Assembly: GCF_000018105.1 (NCBI RefSeq)
Contig: NC_009925.1
Location: forward strand, 3,300,001-3,332,000
Length of the DNA stretch: 32,000 nt
Source: Acaryochloris marina MBIC11017
Lineage (GTDB): Bacteria; Cyanobacteriota; Cyanobacteriia; Thermosynechococcales; Thermosynechococcaceae
Direction: 5' to 3'
Below are positions 9,116 through 17,051 of the stretch, piece by piece. The notes beneath the pieces are model-generated. The model had not been told where the DNA came from and ran no database searches. It saw only the letters and a list, made by a program, of their open reading frames with translations. How positions within the stretch are numbered: the stretch's first letter is position 1; each line of letters opens with the position of its first letter. Position numbers and translations under genes: made by a program.

Positions 9116-9641
9116 CTTGATTGCTTGCTGTGATGGACTCAAAGGTTTTCCTCAAGCGATTGAGTCGGTCTACCCTCAGACCCAGGTGCAGGTTTGTATT
9201 GTCCATCTTATTCGTAATAGCCTTCGCCATGTGCCGTGGAAGGAAAGTCGAGCCGTAGCTGCAGACCTCAAGCCCATTTACCAAGCGGCCACTTTGGAAG
9301 AGTCTGAGGCTGCGTTGGATGCATTTGCCCATAAATGGGACGAGACGTATCCTGGCATTAGCCAAATCTGGATACGACATTGGGATAATGTTGCCCCGTT
9401 GTTTCAATACCCAATGGCCATCCGTAAGGTTATCTACACCACCAATGCCATTGAGTCGCTCAACCGCTCACTGAGAAAGGTGATTAAGACCAAAGCGGTT
9501 TTCCCTAATGAAGAGTCTGTCTACAAATTGATGTTTCTAGCGATGAGGAATATTTCGAAGCGATGGACCAGACCAATTCTGAATTGGAAGGCGGCGCTGT
9601 CCCATTTTGCTATTCTGTTCCCAACACGATTCAACTATTGA
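9116..9641 (+). pseudogene. 3-prime part of the outer IS256-family transposase gene
   Basis: ORF-track ORF 9117..9641 (IACCDGLKGFPQAIES… to the stop) is identical to residues 244-416 of the intact copy. Confidence 0.9.
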
Positions 9642-9677
9642 ATACACTGCTGCTTACACAAAAATCTAAACACTCTC

Positions 9678-9685
9678 TAGACGAT
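9678..9685. repeat. Right 8-bp target-site duplication (tagacgat) of the outer IS256-family element
   Basis: Follows the IS right end …aaatctaaacactctc directly. Identical to 6970-6977. Confidence 0.85.
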
Positions 9686-9735
9686 CCGATTCTCTCGGGA
9701 CAAACGGCGAGACCCAATATCACTACTAATATGTT

Positions 9736-10071
9736 TCAAAGGTTCAGGCTTGCCAATACTTTATGATCAATTCTCATAGGCAGGACTAGTCTACCAATAC
9801 GGCGCTCTTCAACGGTATTCACTTCAATCCATTGAATAGTTTGCCATAGCACTGGTTCTAGTAAACCTGTTTCTAGATAACCAGATGTTGGTATGAATAG
9901 TGAGTGCTCCCACGGTGTTGGTTCAGTATCACCAGACCATTGCACACGAGTTAGAAGATTGAATGCTTTGAGGACATCCACTACTCTTACCCAAATGATT
10001 GGCGTTTTAAAATCCACTTTATGCTTGGTTAATCTGTACAGATCTGGTTTTTTCAAGGCGATCTCTACCAT
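9736..10071 (-). CDS. Hypothetical protein, 111 aa, no family recognised
   Basis: ORF-track ORF with an ATG start and protein-like composition. Co-oriented with the neighbouring small genes. The IS256 target site lies 50 bp downstream of its stop codon. Confidence 0.45.
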   Translation of the reverse strand: MVEIALKKPDLYRLTKHKVDFKTPIIWVRVVDVLKAFNLLTRVQWSGDTEPTPWEHSLFIPTSGYLETGLLEPVLWQTIQWIEVNTVEERRIGRLVLPMRIDHKVLASLNL

Positions 10072-10129
10072 TCTTAATCACCTGAGTGGATGACCTTTCG
10101 AGTCATACTGCCCTGAAATATTTTTACTT

Positions 10130-10903
10130 TTACTCTAGAGAGGAATCTTCGATGAGAGAGGGTTGTGGCCGACTTCTACGGTTTTGCCTTTTGATCCCTC
10201 TAGCTAATAAGTCTCGTGGGACAGATTCTCGATCTTCCTGTGAAACAAGTGGTGATAAGTAGTTGTAAACCTCTTCATGTCCGCCTTGAGCTGCTAAGGA
10301 CACTGCGGATTCGCCCTGACTATAGGTATCTAGCTCTGCTTCGGCATCCACTAATGTCTTGACAATCTCTAAATTGCCGGTGTTGGCGGCAGTCATGACC
10401 GCACGCTCACCATCTTCCATATCGACATTGATATCACTGCCAGCACTGATTAATTGTTGAATCATGGCCAGGTTTTGCTGACAAATGGCTAGATTGAGAG
10501 GCGTATCATTACCATCACCATTATCGACAACAGCGCCTGCATCTAGCAGCATTTGGACAATGTGAGGATTACCAAATCCCACTGCTGTATAGAGAGTGGT
10601 ACACGAAACATTCAACTCATCTAATTGCGCTTCAATTTCAGAATTTAACAGGGATTCAGGGCGGTCACTCAGATTATAAAAAGAGAGACAATCTGCACCT
10701 GCTTGAATTAAAACTTGAACAATGTCTGAATGGCCATACACGATAGCCATTATGAGCGGACTCCACTCACGCTCATAGGTGTAATATTCATGGCTAGGTG
10801 AATTGCAATCTACCCCTGACTCGAGTAGTGTCTTCACCATTGCTATATTGCCAGCGCAAATGGCTGCAAACAGCTGGCTTGTTGTGCTCGTCACGTGGTA
10901 CAA
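10130..10903 (-). CDS. Ankyrin-repeat protein, about 250 aa
   Basis: Several ANK-type repeats are present: AGNIAMVKTLLESGVDCN; SPLIMAIVYGHSDIVQVLIQAGAD; TALYTAVGFGNPHIVQMLLDAGAVVD; TPLNLAICQQNLAMIQQLISAGSDIN; AVMTAANTGNLEIVKTLVDAEAELD; SAVSLAAQGGHEEVYNYL. The start is uncertain: TTG at 10903 or GTG at 10894, with GGAG just upstream. Confidence 0.85.
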   Translation of the reverse strand: MYHVTSTTSQLFAAICAGNIAMVKTLLESGVDCNSPSHEYYTYEREWSPLIMAIVYGHSDIVQVLIQAGADCLSFYNLSDRPESLLNSEIEAQLDELNVSCTTLYTAVGFGNPHIVQMLLDAGAVVDNGDGNDTPLNLAICQQNLAMIQQLISAGSDINVDMEDGERAVMTAANTGNLEIVKTLVDAEAELDTYSQGESAVSLAAQGGHEEVYNYLSPLVSQEDRESVPRDLLARGIKRQNRRSRPQPSLIEDSSLE

Positions 10904-11063
10904 ATCTCCAAAACTCTGGTTGGATATATTTAACGGCTGACCTGGCTAGGTATTAGATGAAATGATCTAACTTAGCTCATTAGCAAGTGTTGTACAGCCC
11001 ATGAAATTTTGCAGATTGAAACGGATTGCCAACAGACTTAGCAATGTAGATAAATGCTAAAAA

Positions 11064-11561
11064 TCAACCGCTAACATAACCCATAAAAAAAATCTCTGAA
11101 GGCTGATCGTCTGCATAAACGACGAAATGGCATCCACCAGGTGTCCACACTAAATCTGCAAAATCATCCCATGCATCTAGAGGGTCTATATCGTCCTCAT
11201 CAATCAGTTCTTCACGAATGATAATGCTTTCAACCATGTCACGGGTCGGTGTTTCGGTTCTAAAAAAGCGCAGTAAGAACTCTGTAGGTAATGGTGAAGA
11301 TGTCATTTGCTCTGGCGTGGTAGATATTCTCTGAATATCCAAAATGGAACCTGTCCCTTCTGGGCCACCCGCCTTAAAGGCTTCTTCAACGGAAGAGTGT
11401 TGAGCCCCACAAGCCACTGATGCTGGATTGGGTGGGAAATCTAAATGAGTTGCCGCAGGGTAATATCGACCTTGTTCAAATTCATGCTGACGTAGTTGCT
11501 GTAATGCGATGTCTGCATCTTCTTGAAATTCACAAAAATAGTAATAAGGCTGAGATCCCAT
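11064..11561 (-). CDS. Hypothetical acidic cytoplasmic protein, 165 aa
   Basis: ORF-track ORF with an ATG start preceded by AGGAAA 6 nt upstream. No signal peptide. Acidic C-terminal half (…EELIDEDDIDPLDAWDDFADL…). No family that I can name with confidence. Confidence 0.6.
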   Translation of the reverse strand: MGSQPYYYFCEFQEDADIALQQLRQHEFEQGRYYPAATHLDFPPNPASVACGAQHSSVEEAFKAGGPEGTGSILDIQRISTTPEQMTSSPLPTEFLLRFFRTETPTRDMVESIIIREELIDEDDIDPLDAWDDFADLVWTPGGCHFVVYADDQPSEIFFMGYVSG

Positions 11562-11736
11562 ATACTGCTTTCCTATCAGCTTTCAATTAGAATTCCCAGA
11601 TACCTCGCGAACAAATACTTGTGTTTGACTGGTTGGTTTACTAATAGCGGTTGATGAGGATATTGTCCGCTGAAGATTTTGTCACTCTGAGATTAGGATA
11701 TTAAGGTTGGATAACTTTCAAGACAGAGTTTATAAG

Positions 11737-12189
11737 CTATTTTTCCCAATACTGACGCAGTGCCATACGAATTGCTGGGTGATCAAATTCATATTCCGCT
11801 TGATCTAGACACCATGTCAGATACATCACGATGGCTTGTCTTTGCACAGTATTGAGTGCCGTTAACTTAGATTTTGCGTAATCATTTAGCTGCGTTAAAT
11901 GAAACAGCGGATCATCGACCTGATTTTCCAGACTTGCCACGATATAGGCGGGCAAATGAAATCTCATGCCCTCCGCATCAAAAAAAGAAAGGCTACTGTG
12001 ACATCTCTGTAAATCCTCGCAGCTCAGTCGACTCCATTCTTCCTTCTCGTCCCTGCCGCGATTTCGCTTCTGCACCGCCTCAGTTTCATAATCATCGATG
12101 GCTTGGGCTTGCCATAAACCAATACCTTCACCCAGCGTTACTTCAGCAAACGCAGACTTGATATAGTTTGCGACAATTTCTTTATCCAT
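11737..12189 (-). CDS. Small conserved protein, 150 aa; resembles the DUF6714 family (assignment from memory)
   Basis: ORF-track ORF. Motifs VTLGEGIGLWQAQAIDDYE, EEWSRLSCEDLQRCHSSLSFFDAEGMRFHLPAYIVASL match my recollection of DUF6714-type proteins. Needs an HMM check. Confidence 0.65.
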   Translation of the reverse strand: MDKEIVANYIKSAFAEVTLGEGIGLWQAQAIDDYETEAVQKRNRGRDEKEEWSRLSCEDLQRCHSSLSFFDAEGMRFHLPAYIVASLENQVDDPLFHLTQLNDYAKSKLTALNTVQRQAIVMYLTWCLDQAEYEFDHPAIRMALRQYWEK

Positions 12190-12323
12190 GAAAATTTAGC
12201 GTTCAAAGCTCTACTTTTTCGATTGAGTTACATGCTGAATTTTGCTGTAACCCAAAACTTTCGGCAAAATTGAGTATTGCCATTTTTTAGCAGATCACCC
12301 GCACCTCACCAGTCTGAGCAAAG

Positions 12324-12542
12324 CTATGTTTGATGACCTGAGGGTTGGGCGATGCCGAGTGCTTGCTTCAGGGCTTCATCAGTCTTATCTTCCCAGTCTG
12401 GATCAGAGAGTTTGATAGTTACTTCAGGGGAACGAGATCTGAGTTCTTGATAAATTGCGTTAACAGCAGGAGTACCTTTAAGCTCCCAAAGCAGGGCAGT
12501 TAACTGCTGTTTATCAAGAGACGTGAGGTCTAAATGAGTCAT
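12324..12542 (-). CDS. Hypothetical small acidic protein, 72 aa; downstream member of an overlapping pair
   Basis: ORF-track ORF. Its ATG (12542-12540) overlaps the TGA stop (12541-12539) of the upstream 61-aa ORF in an ATGA arrangement, which suggests translational coupling. Confidence 0.5.
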   Translation of the reverse strand: MTHLDLTSLDKQQLTALLWELKGTPAVNAIYQELRSRSPEVTIKLSDPDWEDKTDEALKQALGIAQPSGHQT

Positions 12543-12724
12543 AGCTCATAATCTCCGTTTGGAAGAATGCAAATAACAGAATTCTCTAAGGCTTCATAAC
12601 GACCTGCATAAACGTAAAGGTTCTTATCTGGCGCTAATTCTACAAAAGCAATGAATGAAGATAACAGCACGACCCGTCGAACAATTCGATAAAACGCAAG
12701 CAGTTGTTCGTTAGTTGGATCCAT
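12539..12724 (-). CDS. Hypothetical small protein, 61 aa; upstream member of the overlapping pair
   Basis: ORF-track ORF with an ATG start. It has a hydrophobic central stretch (VVLLSSFIAFVEL). 4-bp ATGA overlap with the next gene. Confidence 0.45.
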   Translation of the reverse strand: MDPTNEQLLAFYRIVRRVVLLSSFIAFVELAPDKNLYVYAGRYEALENSVICILPNGDYEL

Positions 12725-12831
12725 TCAATTACCAGCTTACGATTTCATTTAGCCTAACCTTATTTGAGGCGAGCGGCCTAGCAGGTTCACATCAATACGT
12801 AGAATAGCCAACAATCAGCATTGCGTAAAAG

Positions 12832-13131
12832 CTATACCTTGTGCCAGCGCAGAGGTTTAGTCTTTTCGCGGACGACACTTCCTTTCGCCTCCAGATCCAA
12901 CTGCACCGTTTTCGCCCACCATCCTGACGTTTGCCCTTGAGGAAACAGATCATCAGGGAGATGTGGTTTAACTTGCTGCTGAATCTCCTTTTGGGTCAGC
13001 CCCGGTGACTGATTGGGCAGGATGTTGAGAAACGCCACTTTCATTGCTGAATACTTGGCAGCATTGACCCGAGTCACCTGTCCAGGAACATTAATATTTT
13101 CGACTTCAAGTTTCTCGTTTTTGTTAGCCAT
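12832..13131 (-). CDS. Small conserved protein of unknown function, about 99 aa (I recall it as DUF6958-like)
   Basis: ORF-track ORF 12832..13164, trimmed to the ATG giving MANKNEKLEVENINVPGQVTRVNAAKYSAMKVAFLNILPNQSPGLTQKEI…GWWAKTVQLDLEAKGSVVREKTKPLRWHKV. This pattern is widely conserved in bacteria as far as I recall. The DUF number is unverified. Confidence 0.65.
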   Translation of the reverse strand: MANKNEKLEVENINVPGQVTRVNAAKYSAMKVAFLNILPNQSPGLTQKEIQQQVKPHLPDDLFPQGQTSGWWAKTVQLDLEAKGSVVREKTKPLRWHKV

Positions 13132-13561
13132 TTCGTTTACCCGCAGCAACCAATAGTGGCTCAATAATTTTTCACTACTTATAGGTGAAGTCTACGACTG
13201 TTATAGCTCAGATAAAAGTAAGCCCAATCCTCTTGATGCATAACATTCTATTGATACTTTGCAGATGAGAGACAAGATGACTCTAAAATTTGCTTTCGAT
13301 GACAGCAGATCGCTAGCCTCACTATTGCTGCATCTGACTTCAACGATGTTGTGATTGAATGTCAGTCAAGAACAGATAGGAACACTTCTTAGGTGATGCT
13401 TTATGCAGGTCATAACTTCATATTCCCTGGTCAAAATTTAAATTGATCGTTCTATCGGTTTGACCTTTGAGTATCCGTTTAGAGCCGTCTGATTTGGGGG
13501 GCAAGCGCTTTTGAAAAATTTGTTTCTAACCCTGTTACAGTAATGTTTTAGGACAAACATC

Positions 13562-13888
13562 ATGCCACAGGCAGTTGGAGCATTAGAGACCAAAGGATTC
13601 CCCCCTGCTTTAGCTGCAGCCGATGCGATGGTGAAAGCTGGCCACGTGACCTTCGTCAGTCTTATTCAGTCATGTAGTGCACGCTTTACGGTGAATATAC
13701 GAGGCGATGTTTCCGCGGTCAGGATGGCCATGGATGCTGGGATAGCAGCGGTCAATAAAACGTCTGGTGGTTTGCTCGAAACTTGGATCATCATTCCTCG
13801 TCCCCATGAAAATGTTGAAGCAGTTATGGATATTGAATATAACGATGAAGTGGAAGAGTTTCGCTGTGTAGTGGAAGAAGCCGTTTAA
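13562..13888 (+). CDS. ccmK: BMC-H (single BMC domain) shell protein; divergent CcmK-like paralogue at a satellite position
   Basis: 108-aa ORF. It aligns without gaps to my memory of CcmK2: MPQAVGALETKGFPPALAAADAMVKAGHVTFV…RGDVSAV…IIPRPHENVEAVMDIEYNDEVEEFR versus M.[30 protein letters not shown]…RGDVSEV…[25 protein letters not shown]. The pore-loop position (EKIGSGR in CcmK2) reads IQSCSAR here. No other carboxysome gene is in the window. Confidence 0.88.
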   Translation: MPQAVGALETKGFPPALAAADAMVKAGHVTFVSLIQSCSARFTVNIRGDVSAVRMAMDAGIAAVNKTSGGLLETWIIIPRPHENVEAVMDIEYNDEVEEFRCVVEEAV

Positions 13889-14092
13889 ACTTTATGGTCA
13901 ATTCCCGTCACTAAAACATTGCCAGCTCCCTATGATTGACGACTAACGAGCCAGGCTTTGAGTAGGGGCACATGACCCATATAAAATATGTATAAGGTCC
14001 GGTTAGGTCTTCTTTAAAATCTCACTTCACAAATTCCAAGACGTTTTAACCCCCATTCCCCTCATCGCCCACTCAAGGGTTTTCGATCTCTT

Positions 14093-14380
14093 ATGAACAA
14101 CAAACCCAGAGCCCTAACTCTCGCGGAGCGAAGCGAGCAGCATCAAATGACGAGTATTTTGCAGCGCTGCCTACAACAAGCCATCCATCTAGACGATCCT
14201 GTCCCCGCCCTGCACGACTCCTTACAGCTCATTGAAGACATGGATATCTTTCAAGACTTCGATTGGCAAATTATCGAAAACGCGCTAGAAGACGTTCTTC
14301 AAAATCGGCAAACTATTCAGGGTGCAGCATCCATAGCCGCATTGGAGATCACGGGACTCTCGATACAACACCGTCTCTAA
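14093..14380 (+). CDS. Hypothetical acidic protein, 95 aa
   Basis: ORF-track ORF with an ATG start, 204 bp downstream of the BMC-H gene on the same strand. No family recognised. Confidence 0.45.
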   Translation: MNNKPRALTLAERSEQHQMTSILQRCLQQAIHLDDPVPALHDSLQLIEDMDIFQDFDWQIIENALEDVLQNRQTIQGAASIAALEITGLSIQHRL

Positions 14381-15327
14381 TGCATGAATATGAACTAGGC
14401 CAAAGCCTACAGACCTGATATACCCTGATCGCCTCAGAATTGATTTCGATACTCGACCCGTTCTAATCTGGCACAGGTAAAAGCGATGACTATGGAGGTC
14501 GCCTTAATCCTAGTAAGGATGCATGGTAGGGGTGAACAAACCTCCAAACTACTAGGTTTTTGGCACATCACACACTCTGGCAATGCCCATTATAAGGTAT
14601 CTGCTCTAGCAACCAGCTGATCGATAAGATCCCTGCTGTTTGGATCGATCCGCTTTGGCTGAGGGGCTTCGACAAGCAGACAACGACAGTCTCTACTCTG
14701 ATGGTTGTGCTGGTCTATGAAAATAGTGTGTCGGATGGATGAAGGGCCTTTGTCATTGGAGTAAGCTGGTTGATAGGATCGGTTAACGTCAGTAATGCTC
14801 AGTAATGAGAACCTTTTCGCCTTTAGATATCGAAGAACAGACGACCGAAGCCTTGAGTTACGATCGGAATAATGGCTGGTCGAAACCTTTTCCAGAATTT
14901 GATTCTGGAAATACCCTGGTTGTTGTATTTGCAGCTCATGAATACTGTGAATCACCAGAACCATTGCTAGAAATCCGCAAATATTTTCCAGAATCGAAGA
15001 TTATCGGCTGTAGTTCGCCAGTTGTGATCTGTGATGGATCGTTACTTGAAGGTGCGATCGCAGTCGGTATCATCCGGTTTGAGACCACCCAAATCCGACT
15101 TGCCTCTGCAGCAGTCAATAATTTCGAAACCTCCCGAACCGCAGGTCAACAGTTGGGCGAACAATTGACGGATCCTGACCTTAAAGGGGTGCTGGTTTTT
15201 TCGGATGGTGTGACGACAGAAGCCACAGAGCTAGTGCGAGGCTTGCAGGAAAGGTTACCACCAGAAGTGACGATTGCTGGCGGTTTGGCAAGCGGTCACA
15301 CCCTGGATGACACCTGGATGATTTGCG

Positions 15328-15336
15328 ATGGCGAAC
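15328..15336. repeat. Left 9-bp target-site duplication (atggcgaac) of the IS903-group element
   Basis: atggcgaac lies directly before the IS end ggcgttgttgcatgaat. It is repeated at 16396-16404, directly after the other end. Confidence 0.92.
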
Positions 15337-16395
15337 GGCGTTGTTGCATGAATAGGTGCTGCGGATTAGGCGCGGGCTAGAGTTTATGTACCACCAAAAA
15401 CCGCTAGCCCATGAGTTACCAAATCCGCAACTGGTCCGAGTATAACGCTGGTCTCAAACAGCGGGGAAGTGTGACCTTCTGGCTCGAACAATCAGCTATC
15501 GTTCATTGGCTAGAAACCACACCGAGACAAAAGCGGGGAGCCTCTCTGACCTATAGCGATACAGCAATCTCCACCTTCGAGACCGTCAAATGTATCTATG
15601 GTTTAGCAGGGCGTCAAACCGAAGGATTTCTAAATTCATTGTTTGAGTTGATGGGAATTGAGCTTCCCGTTTGTGACCACAGCACCGTCTCTCGGCGGAA
15701 AGGTCAGCTATCGATTTCATTGCCCGTTATACCTAAGCAAGGTGCCATTCACGTCGTTATCGATAGCACAGGGATCAAAGTCTATGGTGAAGGAGAGTGG
15801 AAAACCAGGCAACATGGTGTGAGCAAACGTCGGACGTGGCGTAAACTTCACTTGAGTGTTGATGAGTCCACTGGAGAAATTCTCACGGGTGTCGTGACAA
15901 CCAATGACGTTCAGGATGGTGAAGTGTTTGAAGATCTCCTTGAAGGCATCGACGATGAGATTGAACAGGTCTCTGCTGACGGAGCCTATGACCAAAGTCA
16001 TTGCTATGATGCCCTCATGGAGCGCAATGCCACAGCTGCAATTCCCCCAAGGAAGAATGCCAAAATTTGGCAACATGGAAACTGCAATGCTCCACCCCAT
16101 CCACGAGATCAAAATCTCAGAGCCATCCGAAAACAGGGACGAAAGAGGTGGAAAAAACAAGCCCACTATCATCGGCGGTCTCTAGCTGAAACGACGATGT
16201 TTCGCTTCAAAACTATCTTTGGGGGTCAGGTACGTTCCCGTAACTTTGATAATCAAGCCACAGAGTTACTCCTGCAGTGTGCGGCACTCAATCGAATGAT
16301 TCAGATCGCCAAACCCGAGACTGTTTGGGTTGAAGCTTAAGAATAACGAGGAGAGGCAATTCATCTAGCCTTTACGCGATTCATGCAACAAAGCC
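15337..16395 (+). mobile_element. IS5-family, IS903-group insertion sequence, 1059 bp
   Basis: Left end GGCGTTGTTGCATGAATAGG. The reverse complement of the right end is GGCTTTGTTGCATGAATCGC, closely resembling the IS903 terminal repeat GGCTTTGTTGAATAAATC as I remember it. It has a 9-bp TSD and a single 309-aa transposase gene. IS903 itself is 1057 bp with 9-bp duplications. Confidence 0.92.
15411..16340 (+). CDS. IS5-family (IS903-group) DDE transposase, 309 aa
   Basis: ORF-track ORF. NWSEYNAGLKQRGSVTFWL…YSDTAISTFETVKCIYGL…VIDSTGIKVYGEGEWKTRQHGVSKRRTWRKLHLSVD…VSADGAYD…IPPRKNA…HYHRRSLAETTMFRFKTIFGG… parallels the IS903 transposase along its whole length. Confidence 0.92.
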   Translation: MSYQIRNWSEYNAGLKQRGSVTFWLEQSAIVHWLETTPRQKRGASLTYSDTAISTFETVKCIYGLAGRQTEGFLNSLFELMGIELPVCDHSTVSRRKGQLSISLPVIPKQGAIHVVIDSTGIKVYGEGEWKTRQHGVSKRRTWRKLHLSVDESTGEILTGVVTTNDVQDGEVFEDLLEGIDDEIEQVSADGAYDQSHCYDALMERNATAAIPPRKNAKIWQHGNCNAPPHPRDQNLRAIRKQGRKRWKKQAHYHRRSLAETTMFRFKTIFGGQVRSRNFDNQATELLLQCAALNRMIQIAKPETVWVEA

Positions 16396-16404
16396 ATGGC
16401 GAAC
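16396..16404. repeat. Right 9-bp target-site duplication (atggcgaac) of the IS903-group element
   Basis: Identical to 15328-15336. Directly follows …attcatgcaacaaagcc. Confidence 0.92.
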
Positions 16405-17051
16405 TGCAACGCTTGCAGGCTTGTGCCGTTGGTTTTGTGGGGAATCGGGTAGAACTGACCCGAGCCACTGGAGGGGGATGGCGATTGATCGGAGCAGAAT
16501 GTCAGGCGACGCGAACCGCCGGTCGAACGTTATACGAACTTGATGGCGAACCTGCCCATGATGTGTACCAGCGACAGGTGGGGAACGAAGTCGGATTTGG
16601 GTTGCACGAGTCCTCGACTCGCTACCCCCTGACGATTCGGCTACCGAGCCTAGAAATGCAAATTGTTCGCGACGTCAATCGCTTTGATGAAGCATCTGGG
16701 GCCATTGAATTGGCAGGGGATATTCCTGAAGGTGTGACGGTTCAAGTGATGACAACCACTGCAGACGAAATTCTGGATGGGGTGGACGAAGCGGTTGAGC
16801 GCATGCGGAGTAAAACCATTCTGCCCCAGAACAATGCCCTAGCCATTTGTGTGAGCTGTGCGGGTCGACGCACAGTCCTGCTCGAGAAGACGAGGGAAGA
16901 AGCTGCCCTTGCCTATGATGGCTTGGGGCATGGGATTCATCAAATTGGCATGTATGCCTTCGGCGAAATCTCAACCACCTCATCGGGGCCACCACAGGTG
17001 CACAACGAGACCATCACGATGGGGCTAATACGAGAGTATTAGGGATTGACC

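Larger units (their letters stand above)
6978..9677 (+). mobile_element. Outer IS256-family insertion sequence, interrupted by an identical nested copy (composite length 2700 bp)
   Basis: Left end gggactgttcagagttttgtgtaagc. The reverse complement of the right end is gagagtgtttagatttttgtgtaagc, so the imperfect terminal inverted repeats match at about 22 of 26 positions. Flanked by the 8-bp direct repeat tagacgat. The segments 6978-7768 and 9116-9677 total 1353 bp; subtracting the 6-bp inner duplication gives 1347 bp, the length of the inner copy. Confidence 0.9.
14805..17042 (+). pseudogene. FIST-domain (FIST_N + FIST_C) sensor protein gene, interrupted by an IS903-group element
   Basis: ORF 14805..15380 is FIST_N-like up to …DDTWMICDGE, after which it reads into the IS. 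ORF 16383..17042 resumes …GELQRLQACAVGFVGNRVEL… and is FIST_C-like (…ALAICVSCAGRRTVL…IGMYAFGEIS…VHNETITMGLIREY). Removing 15337-16404 (the IS plus one duplication copy) joins GAT GGC GAA C|TG CAA CGC in frame. The two segments (532 nt + 638 nt) total 1170 nt, or 390 codons. Confidence 0.9.

Noticed and set aside
11085-11092. A8/T8 homopolymer in the 3-prime end of the 165-aa ORF as a phase-variation tract
   Set aside because: It lies eight codons from the stop, so slippage would alter only the extreme C-terminus. An 8-nt tract is short for efficient slipped-strand switching.
11734-12834. Three consecutive minus-strand genes end with the same TAG-CTT context (aagcta at 11734, 12321, 12829), considered as a possible cassette boundary or attC-like signal
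   Set aside because: Only 6 nt are shared, with no flanking similarity or inverted repeats. This is compatible with chance.
13534-13550. GTTACAGTAATGTTTTA upstream of the BMC-H gene as an RpaB HLR1 element
   Set aside because: Only the first half matches (G/T)TTACA(T/A)(T/A). The second repeat is poor (GTTTTAGG).
14590-14964. 124-aa minus-strand ORF overlapping the start of the FIST gene
   Set aside because: It is antisense to a gene with clear domain homology, has Ser/Arg/Gln-rich composition, and resembles no family.
15717-16172. ORFs antisense or out of frame within the IS903-group transposase gene (15717..16172 minus, 15904..16185 plus). Also similar ORFs inside the IS256 copies (7228, 7268, 8019, 8059, 8468, 9069).
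   Set aside because: These are shadow ORFs of well-supported transposase genes. They are duplicated only because the IS itself is duplicated.
6978-16395. Composite transposon bounded by the IS256 and IS903-group elements, carrying the small-gene array and the BMC gene
   Set aside because: The two elements belong to different IS families with unrelated ends, and each has its own intact target duplication. They are independent simple insertions.
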